Of a DNA stretch of 64,000 bases, positions 1 through 9,887 are shown in pieces. Source of the DNA: Alphaproteobacteria bacterium. GTDB taxonomy: Bacteria; Pseudomonadota; Alphaproteobacteria; SHVZ01. The notes beneath the pieces were generated by a model. That model was not told where the DNA came from. It ran no database searches and was given only the letters and a program-made list of their open reading frames with translations. The DNA lies in assembly GCA_041906305.1 (NCBI GenBank), contig JAYRJL010000009.1:102927-166926 (forward strand). The letters run 5' to 3'. Every line of letters starts with the position of its first letter. Position 1 is the first letter of the stretch. A program made the translations under genes and the position numbers.

Positions 1-441
1 CAATACGTGTTCTCCCGTCAGTTGCTGGATCTTGAACCGAGTCCGAATACGGGGAAGATCCCTGACCGCCTGGGCCTTGCTCACGCGCGTGCTGCATACG
101 GCGCAGATCGACATCAGGCGGAGCGTCGTCGGCGTTTCGATCGCGACGTCCGCAATGCCCAGATACGCCTCGCTGGGGCCTCGGCACTTGAAGCAATAGA
201 ACTGGTCGGGGGCGCACTTCGTGCGCCTCTTCGCCATCCGCGCCGAAAGGAATCGGGAGAGTTCGTCCCCGCGGATCAGGAAGGGTCGACTGCTGCGGTC
301 GGCGTGAAGACCTTCCTTGAGCCAGCGAAGCACGACGTTCTTGTGAAGCCCGAACAGGTCGGCGATCTCCTGGACCGTGTAAGGCCAGGTCGCCTTGATC
401 AGGCGAACATTGTAGGTGCGCTTGCGCGCCGGCCTATCCAC
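1..441 (-). CDS. Island protein with an HTH motif and a CxxC...CxxC zinc ribbon. It is 3'-partial because it runs off the window start. Likely start is GTG at 441.
   Basis: I translated the minus strand by hand. The frame is open from 441 to position 1 and reads VDRPARKRTYNVRLIKATWPYTVQEIADLFGLHKNVVLRWLKEGL...KCAPDQFYCFKCRGP...ICAVCSTRVSKAQAV. It is absent from the ORF track because there is no stop inside the window. It lies immediately downstream of alpA, in the same frame. Confidence 0.45.
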   Translation of the reverse strand, partial: MDRPARKRTYNVRLIKATWPYTVQEIADLFGLHKNVVLRWLKEGLHADRSSRPFLIRGDELSRFLSARMAKRRTKCAPDQFYCFKCRGPSEAYLGIADVAIETPTTLRLMSICAVCSTRVSKAQAVRDLPRIRTRFKIQQLTGEHVL

Positions 442-471
442 GATGAGTTGCTGCGCTACGTAGCAGCCAGG

Positions 472-687
472 CTAGGAAACCTTGCTGCGGCTGCGGCTGA
501 TCCTTTCCGCGATCCAGTCCTCGATCTCGCTCTGGAGCCACCCCACTGCCTTCGAGCCTAGGGAGATGGGCGGCGGGAAGGTGCCGTCCTTGACGCGCTG
601 GTAGATCGTCGAGCGCGAGAGTCCCGTGCGCGCTTCGACGGCCTTCCGCCGGATGATCGAGTGTGCGGGTTTGACGTCCTCGGCCAT
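472..687 (-). CDS. alpA: AlpA-family phage/island transcriptional regulator (DNA-binding, excisionase-like)
   Basis: 71 aa; MAEDVKPAHSIIRRKAVEARTGLSRSTIYQRVKDGTFPPPISLGSKAVGWLQSEIEDWI is the typical AlpA/MerR-like HTH signature; island context. Confidence 0.8.
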   Translation of the reverse strand: MAEDVKPAHSIIRRKAVEARTGLSRSTIYQRVKDGTFPPPISLGSKAVGWLQSEIEDWIAERISRSRSKVS

Positions 688-894
688 GTTTCGCCCCTGC
701 TAGCGTGCTCCGGACGTGACCGGAATGCCGATCCAGGTTGGCGCTTTGCCGAAAGGTTAATAGATGGGCGGGTTCCGAAAACCCTGCGCTGTTTCGGGCT
801 TCGAGACTGGAGGGTTTGAGCTTAGCGCCGCTGAGCCCGTTGCGGCCTCCGTCCAGAAACGCCGTGGTTTAAGGTGTTTGAGGGGGTGGGTGGG

Positions 895-1527
895 TTATCC
901 GCCAGGGGTCCTAGGGGCGCCCCCTTTGGTGTCCCAGTTGGCAATCTTGGCGATCTCCTCGATCCCTTGCTCGTTCGGATTGCCGTCGTCCTTCGTCAAC
1001 CCGAACTGATCAGCGTGCTTCCTGAGCCAGCGCAGCATCGCCTGCTTGACCGAGGTGCCGGTCGCTGACGCCAAGTCTGACGTGGTCGCCTGCCAAACAG
1101 CGATTGCAGCGGCCAACTTAGGGGCAAAGTTGGCGTTGCTGGGGTTAAGGTAACCGGGCGCGTCCGCCCCCTTTGGAAAAAAGAAGCCGGACGTGAAGCC
1201 GCGTGACGCCAGCCACTCGCGCAGCGATGCGACCTCGACGGTCGAGGCTACGGGATCCACGCCATCATCCAGTATGACGTGCAAATTCTGATCGGCGTCA
1301 TAACGGTGCTGACCCGTCTTGTTACCAACCTTGGTTCCCTTGATCACATCTGTCTTCAGCGCGTGTGAAATTCCGTTCTTCGCAGCTTCATAGCCCTGCG
1401 GACGGTTACCCAGAAACCAGTTTTCGCAGTCTCCCGCATTGCCTGAGGGATCTTCTCCGACAACTAGGAGGGCCGCCTGTACCACAGTGAGTTGATCGCA
1501 CAGCCGCCAATAATCCATCGGCTCCAT
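895..1527 (-). CDS. Hypothetical island cargo protein (210 aa), no recognisable domain
   Basis: Clean 210-aa ORF with non-repetitive, protein-like composition. Its ATG lies 1 nt after the integrase stop (TGAtATG), so it is probably co-transcribed with int. Confidence 0.5.
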   Translation of the reverse strand: MEPMDYWRLCDQLTVVQAALLVVGEDPSGNAGDCENWFLGNRPQGYEAAKNGISHALKTDVIKGTKVGNKTGQHRYDADQNLHVILDDGVDPVASTVEVASLREWLASRGFTSGFFFPKGADAPGYLNPSNANFAPKLAAAIAVWQATTSDLASATGTSVKQAMLRWLRKHADQFGLTKDDGNPNEQGIEEIAKIANWDTKGGAPRTPGG

Positions 1528-1528
1528 A

Positions 1529-2782
1529 TCAACTCGCCCTCTGGATAGGGACGATCTTTGCTCCCTCGCGCAACCGGTCGAGGTAGTCGGCCCACAACTG
1601 CATCATCTTCCGGCGTTCGGCGAGATGGGCCGTCCGGTTGTACGCACGTCCAAGCGGGTCCTGAACCGCGTGGGCAAGCTGATGCTCGATGAAGTCGGGC
1701 CTAACGTTAAGCACCTCATCGAGCACGGTCCGAGCCATAGCGCGGAAGCCGTGACCGGTCATTTCATCTTTTGCAATTCCCATCCGCCGGAGGGCGGCGA
1801 GTACGGCGTTGTTCGACATTGGCCGGCTGGCCGAGCGTGCAGAGGGAAAGACGTAGCGGCCCTGCCCCGTCAGAGGCTGAAGCTCGCGGAGGATTTCAAC
1901 CGACTGCTTCGAGAGAGGCACCAGGTGGGCCTGCCGCATCTTCATCTTGTCGGCGGGTATGGTCCATTCGGCGCGGTCAAGGTCGATATCCTGCCATTCG
2001 GCCGTGCGAAGCTCTCCGGGGCGGACGAAAACCAGAGGAGCGAAGCGCAACGCGCACTTGGTGACAAGTTGCCCGCTGTAGCCGTCGATCGCGCGGAGCA
2101 AACCGCCGATGGCCTTCGGGTCGGTCAGCGCCGCGAGGTGCGTCGAGCGGACTGGCGCCAGTGCGCCCCGAAGGTCGACGGAGAGATCACGCTCACAGCG
2201 TCCCGTCGCTATCGCATAGCGGAAGACCTGCCCGGATATCTGCCTCACCCTGTGCGCCGTATCCGTGGCCCCTCGACTTTCGATACGACGAAGCACCTTG
2301 AGAAGGTCGGGTGCCGCTAGATCGGCAATCGGACGCGATCCGAGCCAGGGAAACACATCTCGCTCCAACGCGCGCAGGTTCTTTTCGCTATGCGAGACGG
2401 TCCACTGCGCAGTGAATTTGCGGTGCCATTCTCGCGCGACAGCCTCAAAGCTGTTCTCGGCACGATCGGCCCTTGCTTTCCTTACGGCCTTGCGATGCGA
2501 GCTTGGATCAATGCCTTCGGCTAACAACTGGCGGGCCTTATCACGCCTCTCCCGCGCTCCATCGATCCAGGTGCCCGTCTCCTTGTCCTTGCGCCCAGCC
2601 AAAGGCACGTCGGGGTAGATCCCCAATGACAGGCGCTTTTCTTTGCCGTCGATCCGATACTTGAGGCGCCACCATTTGCCGCCGCTCGGAGCGACTTCGA
2701 GGTAAAGCCCGCCGCTATCAAACAGGCGTATCGGCTTGGCGCCGGGCTTGGCGCTGCGGATCGCAGCATCCGTCAAAGACAT
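1529..2782 (-). CDS. int: Tyrosine recombinase/integrase, P4-type (DUF4102 N-terminal domain plus phage integrase domain)
   Basis: N-terminus MSLTDAAIRSAKPGAKPIRLFDSGGLYLEVAPSGGKWWRLKYRIDGKEKRLSLGIYPDVPLAGRKD is the P4-like integrase arm-binding signature, and the C-terminus has catalytic-domain-like motifs (HGFRAMARTVL...HQLAH...AYNRTAHLAERRKMMQLWADYL). The track ORF (to 2980) has an Arg/Pro-rich upstream extension that runs into the tRNA. I trimmed it to the first M before the conserved N-terminus. Confidence 0.85.
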   Translation of the reverse strand: MSLTDAAIRSAKPGAKPIRLFDSGGLYLEVAPSGGKWWRLKYRIDGKEKRLSLGIYPDVPLAGRKDKETGTWIDGARERRDKARQLLAEGIDPSSHRKAVRKARADRAENSFEAVAREWHRKFTAQWTVSHSEKNLRALERDVFPWLGSRPIADLAAPDLLKVLRRIESRGATDTAHRVRQISGQVFRYAIATGRCERDLSVDLRGALAPVRSTHLAALTDPKAIGGLLRAIDGYSGQLVTKCALRFAPLVFVRPGELRTAEWQDIDLDRAEWTIPADKMKMRQAHLVPLSKQSVEILRELQPLTGQGRYVFPSARSASRPMSNNAVLAALRRMGIAKDEMTGHGFRAMARTVLDEVLNVRPDFIEHQLAHAVQDPLGRAYNRTAHLAERRKMMQLWADYLDRLREGAKIVPIQRAS

Positions 2783-2947
2783 CTGGGGGCAACTCCATCT
2801 GGAGTACACGACTATTCCCCAATGTTGCCCCCAGTTGCCCCCGGAACGCAATGGTCGAGCCTGGACTGCTTCGGAACCAAAATCACACACAAACCGGCAA
2901 ATCACCGACGTTAACCGGATCTGCGTGGAACATCTCGGATGGGGATT

Positions 2948-3022
2948 TGGTGGGCGATGACGGGATCGAACCGCCGACATCCTCGGTGTAAGCGAGGCGC
3001 TCTACCGCTGAGCTAATCGCCC
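2948..3022 (-). tRNA. tRNA-Val (anticodon TAC)
   Basis: Reverse complement reads GGGCGATTAGCTCAGCGGTAGAGCGCCTCGCTTACACCGAGGATGTCGGCGGTTCGATCCCGTCATCGCCCACCA. It is 75 nt with D-arm GCTCAGCGGTAGAGC, anticodon loop CTTACAC, T-arm GGTTCGATCC and a CCA end. Confidence 0.9.
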
Positions 3023-3056
3023 GAACTCGTTTCGGCCGCACCTTACCCAGAAATGC

Positions 3057-3090
3057 GAAGGCCGGCGACCCCTGGGGCGCACCGGCCTTC
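3057..3090 (-). terminator. Rho-independent terminator-like hairpin downstream of hupB
   Basis: gaaggccggcgacccctggggcgcaccggccttc has a 9-bp GC stem. On the minus strand it is followed by GCATTTCT. Confidence 0.45.
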
Positions 3091-3132
3091 GAAACTTTCG
3101 GGCGCCGCGCTTCGGCGGCGGAGGACGACGCT

Positions 3133-3405
3133 CTAGTTCAGAGCATCCTTGAGGCCCTTGCCGGCCTTGAACTTCGCGGAAGTCGAGGCGGGGATCTTGA
3201 TCTCCTCGCCGGTGCGCGGGTTGCGGCCGGTGGTCGCCGCACGCTTGGAGACGACGAAGGTGCCGAAGCCGACGAGGCGCACCTCGTCTCCGGCCTTGAG
3301 CGAAGCGGTGATGGAGTCGAAGACGGCGTCGACGGCCTTCGTCGCGTCCGTACGGCTCAATCCGCTGCTGTCGGCGACTGCCGCCACGAGATCGTTCTTG
3401 TTCAC
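3133..3405 (-). CDS. hupB: DNA-binding protein HU (beta)
   Basis: NKNDLVAAVADSSGLSRTDATKAVDAVFDSITASLKAGDEVRLVGFGTFVVSKRAATTGRNPRTGEEIKIPASTSAKFKAGKGLKDALN is canonical HU. I chose GTG at 3405 as the start (GGGGG lies 8 nt upstream). The alternative is ATG at 3420. Confidence 0.85.
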   Translation of the reverse strand: MNKNDLVAAVADSSGLSRTDATKAVDAVFDSITASLKAGDEVRLVGFGTFVVSKRAATTGRNPRTGEEIKIPASTSAKFKAGKGLKDALN

Positions 3406-3600
3406 TGCTTTGCCCCCCATTCCTCAGGAAGTTTGGCCTTCGTCGCTCACGCAAGGGTGACCGCGAAAGAGGCGCAATCTAGACAGCCATTTCAGCGCTC
3501 GTCAACGAGTAAAGCAGTGAAAAAACCGCTGTTTTCCGGGGGTTTCGACGTGATGCAGATCAACGACAAGCGAAGATTTCGACGCGACGCGAAGGCATCC

Positions 3601-3642
3601 CGCAAATGAAACGGGCCGGAGAGCGTTGTGCTCGTCCGGCCC
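3601..3642 (-). terminator. Rho-independent terminator of lon
   Basis: Stem gggccgga/tccggccc (3613-3620 and 3635-3642). On the minus strand it is followed by GTTTCATTTG, 23 nt downstream of the lon stop. Confidence 0.55.
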
Positions 3643-3664
3643 GTCGATAGTCGAGACGAAAGAC

Positions 3665-6076
3665 TCAGTGCGTGACGATACCGTCGCGCTGCTCTTCCTC
3701 GGTCGGCGCCGGACCGGGTTTGTCATCGCTCTCTTCCCACTTGATGGGCGTGAGAGTCTGCGTCAGCGCCTTCTTGAGAACCTCGTCCACGGTGGAGACC
3801 GCGATGATGTCGAGGTCCTTCTTCACGTTGTCCGGGATGTCCGCGAGATCCTTCTCGTTGTCCTTCGGGATCAGCACCGTCTTGAGGCCGCCGCGCAGCG
3901 CCGCCAGGAGCTTCTCCTTGAGGCCGCCGATCGGAAGCACCCGGCCGCGAAGCGTGACCTCGCCGGTCATCGCCACGTCGCGACGCACCGGAACGCCCGA
4001 GAGCACCGAGACGATCGTCGTCACCATCGCCACGCCGGCGGAAGGTCCGTCCTTCGGGGTCGCCCCCTCCGGCACGTGCACGTGGATGTCCTTCTTGGCG
4101 ATCAGCGTCGGCTTGATGCCGAACTCGGTCGCCCGGTTCTTCACGTAGCTCTCGGCCGCCTGGACCGACTCCTTCATGACGTCGCCGAGCTTGCCGGTGG
4201 CAATCACCTTGCCGCGGCCAGGAACGGTGACGGCCTCGATCGTCAGCAGCTCGCCGCCGACCTCGGTCCATGCCAAGCCGGTGACGACGCCGACCAGGTC
4301 GTCGGTCTCCGCCTCGCCGTAGCGGAAGCGGCGGACGCCGGCATACTTGTTGACGACCTTCGGCGTGACCTTGATCGCCTTCGCCTTGTCCTTCTCCTTG
4401 ACGATGTCCTTCACCGCCTTGCGCGCCAGGTTGGCGATCTCGCGCTCGAGGTTACGGACGCCCGCTTCGCGCGTGTAGTAGCGGATGAGCTCGCGGAGAG
4501 AGTCGTCGGAGACCGAGAACTCGCCCTTCTTGAGCCCATGCTCTTTCATCTGCTTCGGGATCAGGTGGCGCTTGGCGATCTCGACCTTCTCGTCCTCGGT
4601 GTAACCGGGGATGCGGATGATCTCCATGCGATCGAGCAGCGGCTGCGCCATGCGGAGCGTGTTCGCCGTGGTCACGAACATCACGTCCGAGAGGTCGTAG
4701 TCGACCTCCAGGTAGTGATCGGCGAACGTGCTGTTCTGCTCCGGATCCAATACCTCGAGGAGCGCGGACGCGGGATCGCCGCGCCAGTCGCTGCCCATCT
4801 TGTCGATCTCGTCCAGCAGGAAGAGCGGGTTCGAGGTCTTCGCCTTCTTCATGCCCTGGATGATCTTGCCGGGCATCGAGCCGATATAGGTGCGCCGATG
4901 GCCGCGGATCTCGGCCTCGTCACGCACGCCGCCCAGCGACATGCGCACGAAGCTCCGCCCGGTCGCCTTGGCGACCGACTTGCCGAGCGAGGTCTTGCCG
5001 ACGCCGGGAGGACCGACGAGGCAGAGGATCGGCCCCTTGACCTTGCCGACCCGCATCTGGACCGCGAGATATTCGAGGATGCGCTCCTTGACCTTCTCGA
5101 GACCGAAATGGTCGGTGTCGAGAACCTTCTCGGCGCCCTCGATGTCGCGCTTCACCTTCGAGCGCTGCTTCCACGGGATCGACAGCATCCAGTCGAGGTA
5201 GTTGCGGACGACCGTCGCCTCGGCCGACATCGGACTCATCGTGCGGAGCTTCTTCACTTCCGCCAGCGCCCGCTCGCGCGCTTCCTTCGACAGCTTGGTC
5301 TTGTTGATGCGCTCCTCGAGCTCGGCCGCCTCGTCGCGGCCCTCCTCGTTCTCGCCCAGCTCCTTCTGGATCGCCTTCAGCTGTTCGTTCAGGTAGTACT
5401 CGCGCTGCGTCTTCTCCATCTGCCGCTTGACGCGGTTGCGGATGCGCTTCTCGACCTGAAGGACGCCGATCTCGCTCTCCATGAACGCGTAGACGCGCTC
5501 GAGCCGCTCGGAGATCGTCGGGACCTCGAGCAAGGCCTGCTTGTCGGAGATCTTGATGTTGAGATGCTGGGCGACGGTGTCGGCCAGCTTGCCGATGTCC
5601 TCGATCTGGTTGATCGACACCAGGACCTCGGGCGGGATCTTCTTGTTGAGCTTGATGTACTGCTCGAACTGCGAGACCACGGCGCGCGAAAGCGCCTGCA
5701 GCTCCTGGCCCTGGCCCTCGACGTCGGGCAGGACGTCGGCCTCGGCCTGGAAGAATTCGTCATTGTCGGTGTAGCGGAGCACGCGCGCGCGCTTCACGCC
5801 CTCGACCAGCACCTTCACGGTGTTGTCGGGCAGGCGGAGGAGCTGCAGGACCGTGCCGACGGTGCCGACCTTGTAGATGTCGTCGGTCGACGGATCGTCC
5901 TGGGCCGCGTTCTTCTGCGTCACGAGAAGGATCTGCTTGTCGTCCTTCATGACGTCTTCGAGCGCGCGCACCGATTTCTCGCGCCCGACGAACAGCGGAA
6001 CGATCATGTGGGGGAAAACGACGATGTCCCGGAGGGGGAGGACCGGGAAGAGGCTGACAGAAGAGGATTCTGACAT
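3665..6076 (-). CDS. lon: ATP-dependent Lon protease
   Basis: 803 aa. N-terminal [26 protein letters not shown], Walker [14 protein letters not shown] and the protease domain [17 protein letters not shown] are all Lon hallmarks. Confidence 0.95.
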   Translation of the reverse strand: MSESSSVSLFPVLPLRDIVVFPHMIVPLFVGREKSVRALEDVMKDDKQILLVTQKNAAQDDPSTDDIYKVGTVGTVLQLLRLPDNTVKVLVEGVKRARVLRYTDNDEFFQAEADVLPDVEGQGQELQALSRAVVSQFEQYIKLNKKIPPEVLVSINQIEDIGKLADTVAQHLNIKISDKQALLEVPTISERLERVYAFMESEIGVLQVEKRIRNRVKRQMEKTQREYYLNEQLKAIQKELGENEEGRDEAAELEERINKTKLSKEARERALAEVKKLRTMSPMSAEATVVRNYLDWMLSIPWKQRSKVKRDIEGAEKVLDTDHFGLEKVKERILEYLAVQMRVGKVKGPILCLVGPPGVGKTSLGKSVAKATGRSFVRMSLGGVRDEAEIRGHRRTYIGSMPGKIIQGMKKAKTSNPLFLLDEIDKMGSDWRGDPASALLEVLDPEQNSTFADHYLEVDYDLSDVMFVTTANTLRMAQPLLDRMEIIRIPGYTEDEKVEIAKRHLIPKQMKEHGLKKGEFSVSDDSLRELIRYYTREAGVRNLEREIANLARKAVKDIVKEKDKAKAIKVTPKVVNKYAGVRRFRYGEAETDDLVGVVTGLAWTEVGGELLTIEAVTVPGRGKVIATGKLGDVMKESVQAAESYVKNRATEFGIKPTLIAKKDIHVHVPEGATPKDGPSAGVAMVTTIVSVLSGVPVRRDVAMTGEVTLRGRVLPIGGLKEKLLAALRGGLKTVLIPKDNEKDLADIPDNVKKDLDIIAVSTVDEVLKKALTQTLTPIKWEESDDKPGPAPTEEEQRDGIVTH

Positions 6077-6134
6077 GGTGCTCGCTTTCTATAGAAGCCG
6101 GGCCAGGGCTCGAACAACGCAACCGCTGGACCCG

Positions 6135-6170
6135 CTTAGAGATTCAAATGGCCGACCGTCCCTCCCCTTT
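6135..6170 (-). promoter_or_regulatory. Possible RpoH (sigma-32)-type heat-shock promoter upstream of lon
   Basis: On the minus strand: TTGAAA (reverse complement of 6164-6169), a 16-nt spacer, then GGCCATTTGA (reverse complement of 6135-6144), about 59 nt upstream of the lon ATG. It resembles CTTGAAA-N16-CCCCATNT. Eyeball match only. Confidence 0.25.
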
Positions 6171-6214
6171 CAACCTCTTGAACTTAGGCGCTCGTGGCCT
6201 ATTGGTTCCCCCGT

Positions 6215-7480
6215 TCAAGCCGAGGTCGGCGCGGCGTCGCGCGGGCGCTCGGAATGGACGTAGAGCGGCTTCGAACCGACATCGACCACGTCCTTGCCGA
6301 TGACGATGCGCTCGACGTCCGAGAGACCGGGAAGGTCGAACATCGGATCGAGCAGGATGCCTTCCATGATCGAGCGGAGCCCGCGGGCGCCGGTCTTGCG
6401 CTGAAGCGCCTTGCGCGAGATCGCGCGGAGCGCGTCCTCCTGGAAGTCGAGGCGCACGTCCTCCATCTCGAACAGCCGCTGGTACTGCTTCACCAGCGCG
6501 TTCTTCGGCTTGGACAGGATGTCCATCAGCGCCGCTTCGTCGAGGTCCTCGAGCGTCGCCACGACCGGCAGGCGGCCGATGAACTCCGGGATCAGGCCGA
6601 ACTTCAGCAGATCCTCGGGCTCGACTTCCTTGAGCACGTCGCCGGTGCGGCGCTCCTCGGGGCTGCGGACGTCGGCGCCGAAGCCGACCGAGGTGCCCTT
6701 CTGGCGCATCGAGATGATCTTCTCGAGGCCGGCGAAGGCGCCGCCGCAGATGAAGAGGATGTTGGTGGTGTCGACCTGCAGGAACTCCTGCTGCGGATGC
6801 TTGCGGCCGCCCTGCGGGGGCACCGAGGCGACGGTGCCTTCCATGATCTTCAGCAACGCCTGCTGCACGCCCTCGCCCGACACGTCGCGGGTGATCGAGG
6901 GGTTGTCGGACTTGCGGCTGATCTTGTCGACCTCGTCGATGTAGACGATGCCGCGCTGCGCGCGCTCGACGTTGTAGTCGGCGGCCTGCAGCAGCTTGAG
7001 GATGATGTTTTCGACATCTTCGCCGACATAGCCGGCCTCGGTCAGCGTCGTCGCGTCCGCCATCGTGAACGGCACGTCGATGATGCGGGCCAGCGTCTGG
7101 GCCAGCAGCGTCTTGCCGCAGCCGGTCGGGCCGACCAGCAGGATGTTCGACTTCGCGAGCTCGACGTCGCTCGACTTCTGGCCGTGGGCGAGACGCTTGT
7201 AGTGGTTATGGACCGCGACCGAGAGCACGCGCTTGGCGTGCTGCTGGCCGATCACGTAGTCGTCCAGCACCTTGCAGATGTCGCGCGGGCTCGGCACGCC
7301 GTCGCGCGACTTCACCAGCGTGGTCTTGTGTTCCTCGCGGATGATGTCCATGCAGAGTTCGACGCATTCATCGCAGATGAATACGGTCGGCCCGGCGATG
7401 AGCTTTCGGACCTCGTGCTGGCTCTTTCCGCAGAACGAGCAGTAGAGGGTATTCTTGGAGTCGCCGCCGGACTTGCTCAT
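6215..7480 (-). CDS. clpX: ATP-dependent Clp protease ATP-binding subunit ClpX
   Basis: Zinc-finger N-terminus [43 protein letters not shown] and Walker [13 protein letters not shown] chose the second ATG (7480) because AGGA lies 5 nt upstream. Confidence 0.95.
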   Translation of the reverse strand: MSKSGGDSKNTLYCSFCGKSQHEVRKLIAGPTVFICDECVELCMDIIREEHKTTLVKSRDGVPSPRDICKVLDDYVIGQQHAKRVLSVAVHNHYKRLAHGQKSSDVELAKSNILLVGPTGCGKTLLAQTLARIIDVPFTMADATTLTEAGYVGEDVENIILKLLQAADYNVERAQRGIVYIDEVDKISRKSDNPSITRDVSGEGVQQALLKIMEGTVASVPPQGGRKHPQQEFLQVDTTNILFICGGAFAGLEKIISMRQKGTSVGFGADVRSPEERRTGDVLKEVEPEDLLKFGLIPEFIGRLPVVATLEDLDEAALMDILSKPKNALVKQYQRLFEMEDVRLDFQEDALRAISRKALQRKTGARGLRSIMEGILLDPMFDLPGLSDVERIVIGKDVVDVGSKPLYVHSERPRDAAPTSA

Positions 7481-7651
7481 GGCCATCCTCGAAACGCCGC
7501 CCACAAGGCCCGAAGGGGCCGGGAACGGGGACTAATCAGCATGTTACAGGCCGCCGCAACCGGGGCACAACCCGGAAAAGACCGCCGAACCTACGCCATT
7601 TAATGCAAGAAACGCGCCTTTCAAGGCGCGTTTCTTCGGCGAATCGGTGGT

Positions 7652-8299
7652 TCAGCTCTTGGCCTTGGCCGCGTCGTCAGGACCCGGGCGGTGGGTCATG
7701 ACCTGATCGATCAGGCCGAATTCCTTGGCCTCGTCCGGCGACATGAAGCGGTCGCGCTCGACCGCCTTCTCGATCGCCTCCAGCGACTGGCCGGTGTGCT
7801 TGACGTAGATCTGGTTAAGGCGCGCACGGGTATTAAGGATTTCGCGTGCCTGAATCTCGATGTCGGTCGCCTGGCCCTGGGCGCCGCCGGACGGCTGGTG
7901 GACCATGATGCGGGCGTTCGGAAGGGCATACCGCTTGCCCTTGGCGCCGGCGCACAGCAGGAACGAGCCCATCGAGGCCGCCTGCCCGATGCAGACCGTC
8001 GAGATCTCGGGCCGGACGTACTGCATGGTGTCGTACATCGCGAGGCCGGAGGTCACGACGCCGCCCGGCGAGTTGATGTAGAGCGAGATGTCCTTGGTCG
8101 GATTCTCCGACTCGAGGAACAGCAGCTGGGCGCAGACGAGGCTCGCCATGCCGTCATGGACAGGCCCGGCGATGAAGATGATCCGCTCCTTGAGCAGGCG
8201 CGAGTAGATGTCGAAGGCGCGCTCGCCGCGCGGGGTCTGCTCGACCACCATCGGCACGAGCGTGGAATTCCAGATCTCGATCGGGTCGCGGTCTCGCAT
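7652..8299 (-). CDS. clpP: ATP-dependent Clp protease proteolytic subunit ClpP
   Basis: [34 protein letters not shown]...[13 protein letters not shown] is the ClpP catalytic Ser/His context; conserved tig-clpP-clpX-lon order. Confidence 0.95.
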   Translation of the reverse strand: MRDRDPIEIWNSTLVPMVVEQTPRGERAFDIYSRLLKERIIFIAGPVHDGMASLVCAQLLFLESENPTKDISLYINSPGGVVTSGLAMYDTMQYVRPEISTVCIGQAASMGSFLLCAGAKGKRYALPNARIMVHQPSGGAQGQATDIEIQAREILNTRARLNQIYVKHTGQSLEAIEKAVERDRFMSPDEAKEFGLIDQVMTHRPGPDDAAKAKS

Positions 8300-8368
8300 G
8301 GTTCCTCGAACGGGCGGCCTAGGGAAAAGGCCGCCCTGACAGGCTGGTGGGGACTGGTCAGCGCTAGC

Positions 8369-9676
8369 TTAGTCGGTGGGGAGACCTTCGTCCCTGATCA
8401 ACTCGGCAGCGCTGACCGTGCGGTCGGTCACCTTCGCCACCTCGAGGATGAAGTCGATGACCTTGTCCTCATATAAGGGTGCGCGGAGCTGAACCAAGGC
8501 CTCCGGGGTCTTCTGGTAGAACTCGATGACTTCGCGCTCGCGACCCGGATAGCGCGACGCCTCCGCGGCGAGCGCCCGGCGCAATTCCTCTTCGCCGACC
8601 TGGATATTGTTCCTGCGCCCGATTTCCGAGAGCAGAAGCCCCAGGCGCACGCGACGCTCGGCGATGCCCTTGTACTCGTCCTTCTCGGAATCGGTCGGCT
8701 CCTTGTTGCCGCCGTTCTGCGCCACCTGCTGGAGGATGTTGTTGTACTCGCTCTCGAGCAGGTTCTTCGGCGCCGGGAAGCTGTGCTTCTCGGCCAGCGC
8801 GTCGAGCAGCTTGCGCTTCAGCTTCGAGCGGGAGACCTGGGCGTGCTGGCGCTCGAGACGCTCGCGTCCGGCCTTCCGGAGCGCGTCGACCGTGTCGAGG
8901 CCGACCTTCTTCGCCAGCGCGTCGTCGACCGCCGCCGGCGCACCCGAGCGCACCTCCTTGACGGTCACGCTGAAGACCGCCGCCTTGCCGGCGACGTCGG
9001 TGAAGACGTAGTCGGCCGGGAAGGTCACGTTGACCTCGCGGGTATCGCCCGCCTTGGCGCCGACCAGCTGATCCTCGAAGCCCGGGATGAAGGTCTCGGA
9101 TCCGAGCTCGAGCGGCACGTCGGTGCCGCTGCCGCCATCGAACACCTTGCCGTCGATCTTGCCCTCGAAGTCGACCGAGACGACGTCGCCCTTCTCGGCG
9201 GCGCGCGGCGGGTTCACCGGCTGGACCTCGCGCATGCGGCGCGCGAGACGCATCAGGTCGTCTTCGACGTCCTTGTCCGAGACCTCGGCCTTGAGGCGCT
9301 CGAGCGAGATGGTCGAGAAGTCGGCCGGGACGATTTCCGGCATCAGGTCGACGGTCAGCTCGTATTCGAGATCCTTGCCCTGATCGAACGACTTGACCTC
9401 GATCTTGGGCGAACCGGCCGTCTTGAGCCCCTTGTCGTTGACCGCGGTCGCCGAGGACTGGCGTACCGTCTCGTCCAACACCTCGCCCATGACCGACTGG
9501 CCGTAGCGCTTGCGCACCAGCTCCAGCGGCACCTTGCCCGGGCGGAAGCCCGGCAGCCGGACGGTGCCGGCGAGCTCGGTCAGCTTGCGCGTGACCTGCT
9601 CATCGACCTCGGCAGCGGGGACGACGATCTTGAAGGTCCGGGTCAGGCCCTCGGAAAAGGTCTCGGTGACGTTCAT
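8369..9676 (-). CDS. tig: Trigger factor
   Basis: MNVTETFSEGLTRTFKIVVPAAEVDE... matches the ribosome-binding N-domain signature, followed by a PPIase domain and a C-domain. It lies immediately upstream of clpP. Confidence 0.9.
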   Translation of the reverse strand: MNVTETFSEGLTRTFKIVVPAAEVDEQVTRKLTELAGTVRLPGFRPGKVPLELVRKRYGQSVMGEVLDETVRQSSATAVNDKGLKTAGSPKIEVKSFDQGKDLEYELTVDLMPEIVPADFSTISLERLKAEVSDKDVEDDLMRLARRMREVQPVNPPRAAEKGDVVSVDFEGKIDGKVFDGGSGTDVPLELGSETFIPGFEDQLVGAKAGDTREVNVTFPADYVFTDVAGKAAVFSVTVKEVRSGAPAAVDDALAKKVGLDTVDALRKAGRERLERQHAQVSRSKLKRKLLDALAEKHSFPAPKNLLESEYNNILQQVAQNGGNKEPTDSEKDEYKGIAERRVRLGLLLSEIGRRNNIQVGEEELRRALAAEASRYPGREREVIEFYQKTPEALVQLRAPLYEDKVIDFILEVAKVTDRTVSAAELIRDEGLPTD

Positions 9677-9741
9677 TGGCGGCGCGCTTTTTTCCGTTGA
9701 ATGGACGACAGGCGGGCGATGGGCCGAAGCTCACGCGTGGC

Positions 9742-9826
<85 letters not shown>

Positions 9827-9887
9827 CAAAACCCTTTGCAGCAGGCGGATTTGGGGCAACCCGCCGCAGCCAAGGGGGGGTCTCATA

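Larger units (their letters stand above)
1..2947. mobile_element. Right end of an integrative genomic island (P4/CP4-57-like) inserted at the 3' end of tRNA-Val. The island continues beyond the window start.
   Basis: The integrase gene lies about 165 nt from the tRNA-Val 3' end and reads away from it. alpA and unknown cargo genes follow. There is an abrupt switch to conserved housekeeping synteny (hupB-lon-clpX-clpP-tig) on the other side of the tRNA. Confidence 0.7.

Noticed and set aside
7-561. 184-aa plus-strand ORF at the window start
   Set aside because: Antisense to the hand-translated HTH/zinc-ribbon gene and to the alpA 3' end. Arg-rich, no motifs.
1625-2320. 231-aa plus-strand ORF
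   Set aside because: Lies entirely inside the integrase gene on the opposite strand.
3626-6073. 815-aa plus-strand ORF
   Set aside because: Antisense to lon. Composition dominated by R/L/D/A/G (codon position 3 GC effect). No motifs. Lon on the opposite strand is unambiguous.
6194-7603. 469-aa plus-strand ORF
   Set aside because: Antisense shadow of clpX in a 68% GC genome. Arg/Leu/Ala-rich with no domain signatures.
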